Of a DNA stretch of 64,000 nt, positions 14,138 to 27,900 are shown in pieces (positions within the stretch are counted from its first letter, which is position 1; each line of letters starts with the position of its first letter). Position numbers and translations under genes: made by a program. The stretch is from Podarcis liolepis (Eukaryota): the NCBI GenBank assembly GCA_965112155.1, contig OZ218103.1. One strand, written 5' to 3'. The notes beneath the pieces were generated by a model. The model made no database searches. It saw only the letters and a list, made by a program, of their open reading frames with translations, and was not told the origin of the DNA.

Positions 14138-15845
14138 TATTAAATAAGCAGTGGTCTGCCTGCAAGTACCATTGTTACAACTGTCAGTACCTTCCTGCAC
14201 ATGCATACAAACACAGATGCATGGATGGATTTGGTCCTGGGATTGTTAATGACCCATTTAGAGCCCGAGTGGTTTATAAGCAGCTTGCAGCACCATTAAT
14301 AAGGGACACTCATATTGAAATGTAAGTGTGATACTGTACCTAAAAACATGTGTCAGAAATACTGTCACTATTCACTGAGGATCTGTTTATTGTCAAATTT
14401 AGTTTTCAAACTAGCTGCTTGCATATAGCAAGATGATGATGATTTAAAAAGGGGTGCTTTATAGTGAGCTATGGGAAATTTTGGGGGGGGGGGTGGATCT
14501 GAAACTAAAAGCATTACTGTATTATTTTGCTCCAGCTGCCAAGTGGCTATAATTCATTTCTAAAAACCATACCTTCTGCATAAGAGGCTTGCATGTGTAC
14601 AACTTTCTAAGTTGCCAGAAGGTATTATAATCTCACTGCTTTACAGCTGACTGGAGGCAAAAGCCTTTAATTTTGCAAGGACCACATTTTAAATCTGGCA
14701 CTTAAAGGTATTATTTCCATTCTGCCTTCTTTGTGGCTTTCAGGCTTTTAGTAAGTTGACTAAGCATTTTGATATATTTTCTGTCAAATCTCAGTTAATA
14801 ATTGAAATTTTAATTTAATTCAATTTAAAAGTCAAGCCCAACTGAATTTTTACTACAGCCCTAGTGGTAGCTTTCTGTAGGAAATGGGATGTAGTACAGT
14901 TCAGGGAGTAAGAAATAAAGTCCAAGAAAGCAAGAAAATCCTGAGAGAGAGGACTTCTTTGTAGGTCTCATACAGATAACAGATTCTATATATGGTTTTT
15001 CATTCTCTTTCCTTCTGCTTTTCCATACAAGCCAAAGAGGTGGCAAAATCATGTATTTCTATGTAAAAATACCACAAAGTGATGGATTCTTGAGAGTAAT
15101 TACTGACCCAGCAAAGCAGAGTGGAGGTTTTTGGCTTGGTGAGCACAAGTGAAAACTATGATGCTTTCTTACAAAGTGAGGGCCATGTGTTTTACTGCAA
15201 ACAGCAACTGAGACACAAAACTGATGTGGAATATTTGGTATTTGTTGGCTACAATGCTTTAGGTTGCTTAGAATCAGATGGTGAGACTGCATATTTGAGT
15301 CATGCTAGTGTTGTGGAAGATTGGTTTCATCAATTCTTCTAAGCAATGTATTTCAATCATTTCATTTACCGGTAGACGTCATGCAGATTTACCTGCAAGC
15401 AGAGAGTCTTCCTGCTGTGATGAGGGTTTTCCTACAGTCTGTGCCTACCACAATTCCCTGCCTTCGGTCCTGAAGCAATACATGTACAGCCTCCAGATTG
15501 AATGCAGATTGTCTCTTTTTACCTCTTTCCCCCATGCTTCAGGTCAGGTGGGATGCTTGCTTGTTTTTTCTCTTACTCTCAAGTACTTTTGCATCTTCAT
15601 GTGAACAAGTACGTGGCACTCCTTAAAGAAGATGTCTTAACGTTTTTAAACTCTTGGAAAGCAATTCTGAAAAGAGGGGTGGTAGTTTCATGATTGACTC
15701 AAGGGCCAACCAATCAAATCTAGCTTCTGCTCCTTACAGTGTGGTAGGAGGGAACAGTTTCACTTACCTCATTCTGGGAGAGAGGATTGTACATATATGC
15801 CACAGATATAGTAAGTGCACTTCTGCAAGAGCCTCATAGAAAAAA

Positions 15846-16090
15846 TATCAAATCAAATCAATCTTTATTACGGTCCAGAGACCCCACCAATCATTACAAA
15901 GCAATGCACCATTCATACAGCCTACCTCCAGGTTAAACAAGCATTTTGTTGAAAAGATAGGGATCATTGGTTCTTGCAACCACCGATAAAAACGTTGCCA
16001 CTGCTAATGTTCTAGCGTTTGGCCTGTCTTCCAATAGGAACCTGACATAGTGAGCCTCTGATTTTCCCGGGAAAGGTACCAGCAAGGGTA
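15846..16090 (-). mobile_element. Non-LTR retrotransposon 3' end (RTE-X-like) with TSD
   Basis: (ATTTG)n tail after AATAAA on the minus strand; open C-terminal peptide LLPLLVPFPGKSEAHYVRFLLEDRPNARTLAVATFL...; flanked by the direct repeat atagaaaaaa (15836-15845, 16091-16100). Clade assignment is from memory. Confidence 0.7.
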
Positions 16091-16950
16091 ATAGAAAAAA
16101 AATGTATATCTGTATGCACTTCTAATTGAATCCATTTCCCCTTCTCCCTCAACCAATATATGTTAGTACCTAATCAAGTGAGCATCCCCAAAATAAATAT
16201 GGGCATAAGATTTTTGGCTCTTGCTTCTGAAGCACATAATAATGGAGCGAGCTGTAATTTTTTATTGGACCAGTTCTTTCTGACTGTTAATTGTGTGCTA
16301 GACTTAAGCTTTATAAAGTAGTTGTTCAGGTTCAAGGAGAAGAGCTGAGTTTTATTCAAATAAGAATGATTAGGATTAAGCTGTGTTCCAGCCATTCTGA
16401 GAAGTTACAGTTTCATTTGCAAAATGTTGAATCAATACATTTGCTTTTTTGAGAACAAATACTGGGGAAAACTTGCCAAGAGAACAGGGCTTTTCTTCTT
16501 CCTGCGACATGCTATTGAGATTCTTTTCTCCACCATCTGCTGAGAAAGCAGTGTACTGAATGGGTTGATCTTAATCCCCTTTCCACAAGCTCTGGATGAG
16601 ATAACCAATAGAAAATCACTAGGGTAGCAGTGAGAAATGGTTGAATTACATGAGCCAAGACTTGCCCTTCATCAGCCTTTGCAACATTGAATGGAATCCT
16701 GGAACACTCTTCTCAAGATGCATGCTGCAGCTACTTCTTTTGGCTGGTTTGAATTGGAGACAGTGCAGGAAGCCAAGAGGTATATCCTGGGAATTGCCTG
16801 CAGCATTGCGAAAGTTGTTGAACTGCAGCTTTAGTATGCACATTGCAGCCACATTGTACGACAGCCCATTTCCCTTAGCCACCTTGTCTTTCACAGGCTG
16901 TGCTTAATGAAGGAGAAGGTATCCTGCAGGAGGCTGTGGATGTGCCCATA

Positions 16951-17192
16951 CAGTGGTACCTCGGGTTACAGATGCTTCAGGTTACATACACTTCAGATTA
17001 CAGACTCCGCTAACCCAGAAGTAGTACCTCGGGTTAAGAACTTTGCTTGAGGATGAGAACAGAAATTGTGCTCCGGCGGCACAGCAGCAGCAGGAGGCCC
17101 CATTAGCTAAAGTGGTGCTTCAGGTTAAGAACAGTTTCAGGTTAAGAACAGACCTCTGGAACGAATTAAGTATGTAACCAGAGGTACCACTG
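16951..17192 (+). mobile_element. Tc1/mariner-pogo MITE, family A (full length, 242 bp)
   Basis: TA|cagtggtacctcgggttac ... gtaaccagaggtaccactg|TA. Confidence 0.92.
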
Positions 17193-18782
17193 TATTTTGT
17201 TTACAACCAATACATGGTGAAAGCCTGCACTAGATTCTCCATTATTCAGAAAGCCTCCTTTCACCTATCAATGTCTATGCAGAAGGCTACATTTATGCTT
17301 CCCTGTATTTAATGCTCAGAGAGTGCAGCTACACTTTTTAAAAGCTGTTATTTCTTTTTAATTTTGCATATTTGCAAAAGCATTTGGCATACTCCTCACA
17401 GCTAGCTTTCTAAATCCCCAGCCTATCTCTGATCCATTTAGGGGAAACCGAAACTGTGCTTAAGGGTTTGTTTCAGAGCCTTTTGCCTCTCTTCCAACAT
17501 GGCAGTTTCTCGTGTATCCATCTCACATGTATTATTTCTAAAAGCTGTTCTTATAAAGAGGTTTTACAAGCTTACTCTTGATTTGGTAAAATATCTGTTT
17601 ATATAATTTTTCTTTTAAAAAATTGTCCCCTCAGGTTCTCAGGAGGGGTGTTTATATTAAACAGCATTTATGTAAATCAGTGTGATTATAGAACATGTTG
17701 GTTTGCTGATAATTTCAGAGTCAGAAAGCAGTGGAACAGACAGAAAAATACATGGACAGCCCTGTGTCTGACAAGTCCTGTGCGTGGCGTAGGTTGAGAA
17801 GACTGTTTAGAAAAGAGTAGTTATTTTTGGCATTTTCTTCGTTTTGTGGACAGAGTCGGGAACTGTTGCTTCTAGGAAATTCTGACATTAGGTTTAAAGA
17901 TGGAAAGGCCTGTTGTGAAACAACATTGGACTTTGTTTAATGCATTGCAAGTGGAATTCCTGTTAAGTGTAATAGAAGAGTGCTATCTGGAATAGTTTCC
18001 TGCCTAGATTGCCATAGAAGTAATTAATATAGGCTTTGCAGTTCCCAAGTAATGGCTTTTTGGGGAGGAGCTCTAGTACATAGTGTACAAAATACACTTA
18101 AAACGGGTGACAGGACTGCCTTTGAAGTACTTGAACTGAGACACATGCTCCCCTTCCCCAGCGACATGAAATTGAGTTTACAGAGAAACAAACTGTATCT
18201 CTTGAACCAAATGAATTATTCTGCTTTGATTCCCAAAACAGTTTAGATGTGTATGGTTTGTGACAGGACTTGGTGGTGATAAGATGGCAGTACCATCTGA
18301 ACAGAGGCAGGGCTAGTTTTCAAGTGCTTGTCACTTAAAAGGTTAGATTAATAGTGCCTATGTCTTGGAGTGGTACAATGAATGGCTCAAGATATGGGGG
18401 TGCAGCAGGTATATTGTACCCCTGCCTGGGGTCAAAACAGGGCCTGGGACCTCAGAAAACATTTGCATATATTGTATGAAGACTAGCATTTACATTCTGT
18501 GTAAACCTACATAAAACACCATGATATTTCTTCTCCCAGAGCATAGGTTAACTTCAACTTTGTGTTTGGGCTTAATTATTAACACCAGAGTAGGAGGGAA
18601 TACAAGACCCCTCAACTTGCATATGTCATTCTATGCAAGTCTAGTATTATATCCAAACCAGGCCTTTGACTGCTTTCAAGTTCTCTGCTAGTGAGACATA
18701 AGATTGGCTTGTAACAATAAATTGTAATCTACAAACTGTAAAGTACCTTACCCAGTTTGGATGTAATGGTGAAATCTGATTA

Positions 18783-19031
18783 CCGTATTTTTTGCTCTAT
18801 AAGACTCACTTTTTCCCTCCTAAAAAGTAAGGGGAAATGTATGTGCATCTTATGGAGTGAATGCAGGCCGCGCAGCTATCCTAGAAGCCAGAACAGCAAG
18901 AGGGATCGCTGTGCAGCGATCCCTCTTGTTGTTCTGGCATCTGAGATTCAGATATTTTTTTTCTTGTTTTCCTCCTCCAAAAACTAGGTGCGTCTTATGG
19001 TCTGGTGCATCTTATAGAGCGAAAAATACGG
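18783..19031 (+). mobile_element. Tc1/mariner (Tc2/pogo-like CCGTA termini) MITE, family C
   Basis: TA|ccgtattttttgctctataaga ... tcttatagagcgaaaaatacgg|TA; second copy at 48050. Confidence 0.92.
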
Positions 19032-22000
19032 TACTTTATTAACAAGCAGATGCTTCTTCTTTTTTGTGAACAAACAGATGCTTCTGATCTCCTCCTTGCA
19101 GCTGTTCCATTGAAAGATGTGGGAGCATGTAAACCTAGGTTTGCTTCTATTCACATAGCACTTTGATGTAACTACCATATGCGAAGTAGACCTGATATCA
19201 ACCTTATTAGATCCTTAAGCAATTTTAAAAGTTTTGTGGACCTGTTAATACTTTTCTACAAAAATCAGAATTTATTTTAGCCTTAGTGGCAATGATTATA
19301 ACTTATTTTTAGAGCAGTTTTGAAAAACAGCACATGATTACTGCAGCAGGGAGAGAACAGGAAAAGGTTTACATAGTGAAGGATACAGCCACATGAAGCA
19401 GTGGTTTATTTTTATTTTTATTTTCACAGTAAGAGCTAAACTAGGAAATTATTTAAATTTGATGGCCATCACCAATCCGTGACTCTTTCCCTTGTCTCGT
19501 GGTGACATCTAGCTGAAGCAGATGTGTGATGTAATGCCATCGTGACCAGCATTTCTCAGTCCCTGTTCCATTTCATTTACCACTTCATTGACTGCTAAAT
19601 GTAAGTGGTGAGTGAAATACTAAATGTGATGCCTCTTCAAGCATCTCCTTCAGCTAGAGGTTAACAAGAGACAAAGAATCATGGATTAGCATGGCCATGT
19701 GTTTCAGATAATGTCTACCTCTGGCCCTGAATAAAGCTAGTAATATATTGGCTCTGATTCAGGCTCTGTCAGCGTTTAAGTTGCTAAGAATTTTGTCGCT
19801 GGCACTTACTTTTAGATTGTTGTTTATTTCTTGTATCTGTGGATAGTGATGCTGAAAACTGCATTCTTCTTTCTGCCGGACATAATCCCTCATCCAATAT
19901 ACAACCATCAGCATTCTGCTTTCTTAGTATAATCACTGCAGTTAAGACTGCTACCTGCGGAACCTGTTTGATGCCAGCTAATATTGTAAACAGTGTCCAG
20001 CAATGGACTTTCCTCCCTCCTCTTCCTTTCATGCTTGCTTGTACTAAGGAAATTTGATCAACATGAAGCTTTGGCTGTCTGGCTGCTGTTACTATGTGTG
20101 AGACAGGGGTGGGAGAGAAAGGGAGGCATACCAGCATACCTGTGACAAAAGAGCATGTGCATAGATATGCAGACCGAGAATTCACTCACTACTTTATGCT
20201 TCCTTTTTGCAAATTGTAAGCAGTAAATTCCTTCAGATTTTGCTTACCTTCTTTGTGTTTCAGAATACCCCGAAACTGCATCCCCTTGGCTCACTCATAC
20301 TGGAAGCCTTGAGTGCTCCAGTAGGTTTATGGATCAGCTCTACCGCACTCCAAAAATAGTAATTCAGCCCAGCTGCTTTCAGCGTAATATGTTAAATACA
20401 AAAAATGACACTAACGTAGTGGTAATGATTAGACTTTATACCAGTTTCTTTCAAACTGTTCCTAATATTCTGCTTCTCATTCGTAGGCAGACCACAATAA
20501 TGTGATTGCATTGAAAATGTCACGTGAAAGGCGGTTTCTGTCTAAATTAAGTTCCAAAATACATAATAAAAAGTGTCTTAAAATGTGACGACTTGTCTGT
20601 ATTCATTGTGAAAAATGGCAAAAGGACTTAATTTTGCAGCCAGCTGTGTCCTAGAAAGATTTCATTATATTATACTTGTATTGCATGGCAGCAACTTGTC
20701 ATGCTCTCTTGTTTGTTACCAAGACATTCACAATACTTAGCCAGGCTGTAACGGCAAGCTAATGTGTGTCTGTGTCCAATACTCTGAATGGTCAAGAGCT
20801 GTTCTTCTCCCTGGTCCTGGGTGCTGTACTTGGCAGAGAGAAGTGACTCTCACATGAAAGTCAAAATAGAAATATATTTTGGGTCAAACTGGGCTCTGAA
20901 AGACATTTCTCTCTTGTAGTCATTAATCTCCAAAAAAACAAGCTTTGGAACTAAGCCAGCTCATATTATCCAAAGCTCATATTATCCCTCATATGGCAAA
21001 ATGCACAATACATTACTTGGACTTGATCAGACCAATTCCCTGTTCCCCATTTTTCTCCACTACTGGTTTAAAAATATGTGAGCAATATAAATTTAAATTC
21101 AGTCAGAGTTGTTGTTTCTCTTTATAAATATCCTAAAATTGTCACTTCCAACAGCTTTCTAGAGCATCCATAAGGGAAGACCTCTGTAAATAGAGACATG
21201 TTTCCATAGCAAAAAACCCAAGTGCTGCTCTGGTTTTGTTTTCAGTTTAAAACTTCAGTGTGTTTTTTTGGCCCATGAATCCAGGCATCTGTGTGACAGC
21301 TGGCTTTGATGGGCGTCTTCTTCCCTTTAATATTCAGAAGACTAAAAAGGATGAAGGGTGAGCAGATAACAAGATCTAGTTCTTACGGTGGTGTGAACAG
21401 CCAGTTGATGGTATGACTACAGTTGTGATAATGGTGAAGGTCTGATGTGGCACCCTCCAGGATTTGGGCAAACTACCAAAATATACTTGGAGAAACAGGC
21501 AGCGTAAGAAGACAAATGAAACCTAGAAAAGGATGACTAAAGTGACTATCTGGCTCTCAAACAAACAAAAAATCATTACTAACAACCACGAGAGTGTATC
21601 TGAAAGGATTTTTTATGATGGGGGATATAAATTATTAATTAAACAAATAAATTTCACAAAAATTTAAGTACTCTTTTATACAGTATACCAGCTCTTCTTA
21701 AAATTAGCACTTCATATAAGTAACATCTGTTTAAGAGAAAGTGAGTGTGCTCTTGATTATTCTTGTTATGTTTTGTCAAATTCTTACTGCCCATTTTATT
21801 TCTAAGTCTTGTCCTCTTGTGCCGGATTTAGTAGATGTGGTTGAGCCTGAACTAGGTGGAGATCATTGTGTTGCCAAAGAAAATAAGTTGTCTCTCTGTG
21901 TGTTTTAGAAAACTGATTTTGGAGATTATACACATTGTTTGTAAGCTTTATAGGCCTGTCTGCACATATTTTGCTTCTATTAGACTGGTATGCTACATTT

Positions 22001-22268
22001 TTATACAGTATTATGAATTTTGTGTCTGCTTTATTTGAATTAAACTGTGTATCTGAAACAATATATTGATTTTGAAAACTTATATTAAATATACTAATTA
22101 ATTTTCAGAAGAAAAATAAATCTCGTCAGTGGCATCTCTGGAGGTTTTTCCAGAGTCTAATAGTTTATTAGCTTGTACACAGATATTGAATTTGCTGCTG
22201 TTGTTTACTTTCGAAAGAGCACAAGAAGCAATTTCCCTCCCCTGCAGTTTTTCCATGACCTTCTAGAC

Positions 22269-22310
22269 CAGTGGTTCCCAATCTTTACAAGTAAATGGAC
22301 CCCCTTTTAA
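22269..22310. mobile_element. hAT/Charlie-like terminus only
   Basis: ttctagac|cagtggttccca...ggacccc; typical NNCTAGNN target; other end not found. Confidence 0.4.
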
Positions 22311-23430
22311 CCATGAAGATGTTGCAGATTTGCACATACTAATTGTTGCAATTTTAGGCTCCATAAATTAGGAAAATAAATAATGACAGCAAACTATTAT
22401 GAACTCAGTAACCTTAGATGAGATAGAGATTTGATCTGATTCATCAGGGCTCTTCTTGTATTAACACAACTGTGCATAAGGAAAAATTGAAACAGGTGCA
22501 TATTTTATACCGCTGCAGCACTTAAGATGGAGAAACAGAAACACTTCTGAAATACTGTCTTCTGCACTATTTTCAAACCTGTGTGTCTTTTCATCATAGC
22601 ATGGCCATCTCCTTGTCCTCTGACTGCACTCCTATGCACTTATTTTGAGGATCCCAAATCAAACGTTATGCAGGGGATTTGCTCAGAAATTGGAAAGGGA
22701 CAAAAGATGAAAAAGATTTAAAAAGCTGGTGTTTCCAGGCTCTTCCTCTACCATGTTCTTGCCATTGCTTTGCTGGGGAAGCCATGTGTATTAAATGTCC
22801 ATTAAATTTGTAGTGTAGCATTGGCCTGAGACAATTGGAGACTGTGTAAGGAGAAGTTTAATTGTGCACAGATGACTGATTCCTGAAGGAAACACAGTAT
22901 AAAAAGAATAAAAAGAACCCCAAAATATGAAAGGAAGCAAGTATTTATTCCATCTAAATTAGAGTAAATAGATTTCACACCCACCCAAAAGTCCCTCTGA
23001 ATATTTTCTATCTCCTGTTTGCTATACACATACATTACTCAAGCCAAGCCATTTAGGGATGGGGGTGGGGGGCAGATTATGTGTCTAATTGTTCTCTCCA
23101 TGCCTCTCTCCTCCACGAGAGGGAGGAGAATTGAGAGAGAGACCAAAATACATTGTGTATGTAAGTAAGTGTCACTTTGAGACAGAAATTTTAAATCCTG
23201 TGAATTGACATGTTTATGAGATTGAGGGGAGGGGAGATTAAACACTTATATGGTATTTCTGCTTGGTGAAAATGAGAGCAAATGTGAGCATAGAGAAGAA
23301 AGAGAAAATGGCAGGAGGAATGGAAAGGTCAGGATTGAGTTCACTGTTTCTTTTTCTTTGCAAAAATTCACTGCTGCAGCATAGCCCATTATCATTCTCC
23401 TCCCTCTGAAACAGACACACACATACAGAT

Positions 23431-23432
<2 letters not shown>

Positions 23433-23463
<31 letters not shown>
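23433..23463. repeat. (CA)n microsatellite
   Basis: Directly visible. Confidence 0.9.
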
Positions 23464-23500
23464 GCAGCTGCCACTTCTGGGGCAAAATAAGTTGGCCCCA

Positions 23501-23880
23501 GTGACCATGCGTTGGTAACCACAAGCTTGGACTACTTTAATGTGCTCTGTTTGGGGTTGCCTTTATGGCTGGCAGTGTGGCTAATTGTTAATTGAGACAG
23601 TTTACTATGAGCATGTAACACTACTTATAAAAGTATGCACCTGGGCCAGTTTTAAGGTTTTAGCTATAAAGCCCTAAACAGCATGGGGCAGGGTTATCTG
23701 AGGGAATGCCTTCTCTCATATAATCCTGCCTGATCACTAAAATATTCCAACAATGCCCTCCTGGTTGTTCCTCAGCCTGCAGAGGTCCATCTCCTAAGAA
23801 ATGGTGTTGTGGTGCCCAGTCTATAGAACAACCCTTCCACTGAGATAAGGCAAGTGCCTACTGTTAATGGTTTTCAGGAC
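23501..23880 (+). mobile_element. Degenerate L2 LINE ORF2 3' region
   Basis: Remnants of LDYxNxL..GLP, FKVL..YKALN..G.GYL and NNLP motifs with frameshifts. Confidence 0.7.
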
Positions 23881-23984
23881 TTGGTAATTCCCCCAGTCCT
23901 TTTATTTTCCAGCCACACTGTGTGATGTCTCCTACCAGCCTCTTCTGTTTTGAATGAGATTAGTATACTACTACTCATGCATTA

Positions 23985-24155
23985 TCTTGTTGTAATCCTT
24001 ACAACAACTCTGTAAAGTTTAATATTATCCACATGATGCACTTAGGAGGCTGAGAAGGGTGACTTGCTGAAGACTACGTAGTGAGTTCATGACAGAAGTG
24101 ACATTTGAATGGAGGATTTGTGGCTCAACTGTTTTAGCCTCTTCGCCACACCAGT
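23985..24155 (-). mobile_element. Old MIR-like/tRNA-derived SINE
   Basis: atccttacaacaactctgt..aggctgagaagggtgacttgc..gagttcatgac..gacatttgaa; reverse similarity to 38303-38500. Confidence 0.55.
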
Positions 24156-24335
24156 TCTGAGTATTAGATTTAGAAGCAGTAATTTTCTTTTGATTTAGTT
24201 TTCAAGTCAACTGAATGGCATGTTGTATATTCAGTTTTTGTATCCAAATTAGGCTTGAAAGATTGTTATGCAGTGCTTTGCTAGAACTGGTGGTATAGTG
24301 TATAGGAATACTGTATGTTCTGAACTGTATGATTA

Positions 24336-24556
24336 CAGTCGTATCTTGGATCCCAAACGCCTTGCGAGTCAAATGTTTTGGCTCCCAAATGCCACAAACC
24401 CAGAAGTGAGTGTTCTGGTTTGCAAACTTTCTTTGGAACCTGAATGCCCAACGTGGCTACCTGCAGCCAATTGGAAGCTGCACCTTGGTTTCCAAACGTT
24501 TTGGAAGTCGAATGGACTTCTGGAATGGATTCCGTTCAACTTCCAAGGTACGACTC
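24336..24556. mobile_element. Tc1/mariner-pogo MITE, family D
   Basis: TA|cagtcgtatcttgga ... tccaaggtacgactc|TA imperfect TIRs, related to family A/B termini. Confidence 0.8.
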
Positions 24557-24856
24557 TATTGGTTTTCTTTGTGTAGCTTCTGGTTGGGTATGTGGATGCT
24601 ATCATCATGAACTCTGAATTGCATATTTGGAATAGCTTATGCTGGAAAGCTTTTTGCATCCTTTTCAGGGGCATTCCTAAGATTAAAAGAGCCACAGGTT
24701 CCCTGACTCCTTTTTCTCTGTTTGATTTGCCCCCTATCATTGCTGGCTGCTGAGTCACATAGTTTTACAATTTGCACTTAGGTAATAAAACCTTTTCTCT
24801 TCATTGAGTTCCTCCCCACTTTTAAAAAAAAGATTCTGCTTCATTATATTTTTCAG

Positions 24857-24951
24857 GTTCTCAAAGCCAGCACCAATGTTTTTGGATGATTCCTTCAGAA
24901 AGTGGGCACGAATCCGGGACTTTGTACCTCCTTTTGGAATTAAAGGACAAG
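24857..24951 (+). CDS. ST3GAL3: ST3GAL3 coding exon (95 bp), FSKPAPMFLDDSFRKWARIRDFVPPFGIKGQ
   Basis: Acceptor tatatttttcag|G, donor CAAG|gtagga. Not present in the ORF track; found by manual translation. Confidence 0.96.
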
Positions 24952-27900
24952 GTAGGATAGGAGTTCATTTACCATAGCTCGAATGCCCTGCTGAAGTACA
25001 AAAATAGAAGGTGCCTATAGTTAAACATACTCTGTGTGTCTATGGTATCTGCCGCTTGTGGACTTCAACTGCTAACGAGCCCCATCAGCAGTAACCCAAT
25101 GGAAGGACTTCCACTTGAGCAACAGGGCTCCCCCTATTTCCCTCCACATGACCCTGTGGCCCCTGAAATTGGCTCTGAAATATCACGTTGCAAGTTGAAA
25201 TGCTCGTGCAGACAGAACGTTTGTAATTGTGTGATGTTGAATTCTACATTCTTGAGTGGGGACTAGGACACCACCAGGTGGATATTGTTACCCTCTACTC
25301 AACTGAGAGGCAGAGCTTTGACTAGATGCCAGGCCCTCCCCTTCCTTGAGGAGCAGTTCGTTTTTCTGCCTCACTTGAGAGTTCACCTATTTTCACTGTG
25401 CATTTCTGGCCTCATTTGAAATTCACTGTCTGGTTAGAAGAACGTGTGGATGTTGTACTGTTATTCTGAGTTCCTATCAACACTATTTTTAGTTCTGCCT
25501 GATTACCGGTTGGCTTGCTTCTTTGCAAACTGAGCTTTCCCACCTCAAAAATTCCTTCCTACTTCAAGCATATCAAGACATTTAACAGCCCTCCACAAGC
25601 TCTGCTGCTATACTTTAAGAATTAATTGTACAGCTGATTACCCTAAGAATTAATTGGAAAATTAATTATCCTTTTAAAAATAGAACTGATTACCAGTTAA
25701 AGGAAGTTGATCCTGACTCTGTGATTACCCACACCTATTGACTCTGACCGTGTGAATTAATTACCTAAAGTGGCATAGCTTTGTACTTTGATCCTTTTGT
25801 AGCCACTTTGGAAAGATCAATGAGTAGGATGCAGACCATGGCAAACTTGAAATTAATTCTGCATCTCAGAAATTACATTACTTGCCTGCATTATTTGTGA
25901 ATATTGGGATTATTTGGCCCATATTGTAAGACTTCAGTTCATGATACTGGGTATACCATAAAGTGATCCTAGAATTGCGCTTCATGAGGTCTTGTGTATT
26001 GTTAGATATGATTTAATTAACACTGTGCATGGGGAACTGGTAACAGTCTCACTGTAGCATCTGTCTTCACACTGCAGTAGGAGCGGGACTGAGTGTAAAT
26101 AAATCTGCTCTATATGAGGCAACATATATTATTATTCATATAATGACATTAGTTTCCCTAATAAGGAGAGGGTCTTGGAAGCATGAGCTTGCCATACTTA
26201 TAGTCCTTGTACCTAGTATAAGGAGGAATTTGTTCACTCTTTCCCTATCATTGTACCAGACCCAGTCAGTGTAGATGTAATAAGCTGTATACATTGTTCT
26301 TCTCTTATGCTTCCCTCTTAGCAAAGCGGATGATTAAATACAGCTGTGCAAATTGTCCAGAAATAGAAACTCTTCATTCACTGCAAGAGATTTGCACCAT
26401 TCTGCTGGCTTTCAAGGTGTGCAGATACAGAGAGGAATACAGGTCTTTGTACTAGGTGGTTTTAGGTCTCGGAAGCAGCTGATCAAGTCTTTTGCCAAGT
26501 AGAATCAAAATGGAGAACCTCAGCACAGGATGACTGAATATATTTGGCAGTCTTTGCTTTGCATTTCCAGGTTGCTGCCAGCTTGTGTCACCACTACAGT
26601 GTTATGTAAATCCAGGGTTTTATGTTGGATTTTCTTCAGTTAAAAACAGAAACTGCCATTACTTAAATGGCTGGGAGCTGAAGCAATGGGAGCAAAACAA
26701 CTGAATGGATTGTTTAATGCCCTCATGGGACAGAACTTTGTGCCAGGATTCAGTCCAAGGCAGTTTGTATATGTGGGAGGGAAGAATTATTACTCTCTGT
26801 AAACTGGTGAGCCTAATGGCTGTGCTGACAGGCTAGGAGCGTGAGAGAGGCAAATGGCAACCTTCTCGCATCACACGTCACTGGGATTCTTACATCAGCT
26901 TTTTCTGCTTATCCCAGGGGATGCATTGGGGATGAATAATAGTGACCTGATGATGGGATCAGCACCTCATTAAGGTCTTCAGTCAGGGCTAGTCTGGTGC
27001 CAGTTGAAATGAGACTGCAAGAAGAAGTTGCTGGTGCTTGCCAGAACTACAGCAACTGGAGAAATTGGGCGATGCTTGAGAAGAGGACGTGCCAGTTTAG
27101 CATCAGAGGGCAGCTAATCCTTCATAAAGACCCTACCTTTGTCAAGGAAGTGTATAGCATACCATGAGAAGTGCTTGGTGCAAATGTTCAGGAGCTTCAG
27201 TCTGCTTGTCAGCTGTTTGATTTGAAATGGCAAGGGGGATTAACTTGCTTTGTTCTGTGAACTTGGGATCACCCTGGCTGTGATGTACATAGTCTGCACA
27301 GTAACATTTTAAAGTTTCAAGCTGTTGTACCAGACTGTTTTAGTCAGTGAGTTGTTTGTCAAACTGATTCCTAGAGTTCTTCTTCTATGCCTTTTCTGGG
27401 TTGGCTTCACCAAGAAGCAAGCTAACCAAAACTTTAGTGTTGAGATTCGACCAGGTTTCATACCAGTAGACTACAGTATATTTTATAATTATTAATAAGC
27501 ATGGTTGGTTTCAACATAGCAATTTGTTACAAATGTCACACCTGCCATAACTTCTTAAGTTATTTACTCAAATGCAAAAACAAGCAATAGAAAAAAACTT
27601 ATTCATTTATTTATATAACAAAGTCGATATGCTGCTTAATCAACAAAAACTTATTTGCCAAAAAACTATGTAAAATAATGTCTGAGAAGGCACACATTAT
27701 GAAAATGTCATGTCAGAATTCTTCACCTATGTGAATTTTCTGGAACAGCTCTTGCTGGCTCCTGATCATGGGATTGTCCTAGAAAAATCTGTGTGGATGA
27801 CCAATTTTAACTTCACATTTTTCACATATATGCCTACATTCCTGTGGAGGCAAGTGTTACGTCAAAGTGTTTGCTTTTATGAGCTCTGCAGGGTAGAAAG

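Noticed and set aside
26850-27290. Possible decayed retroelement gag-like segment
   Set aside because: Motif resemblance too weak to support without a search.
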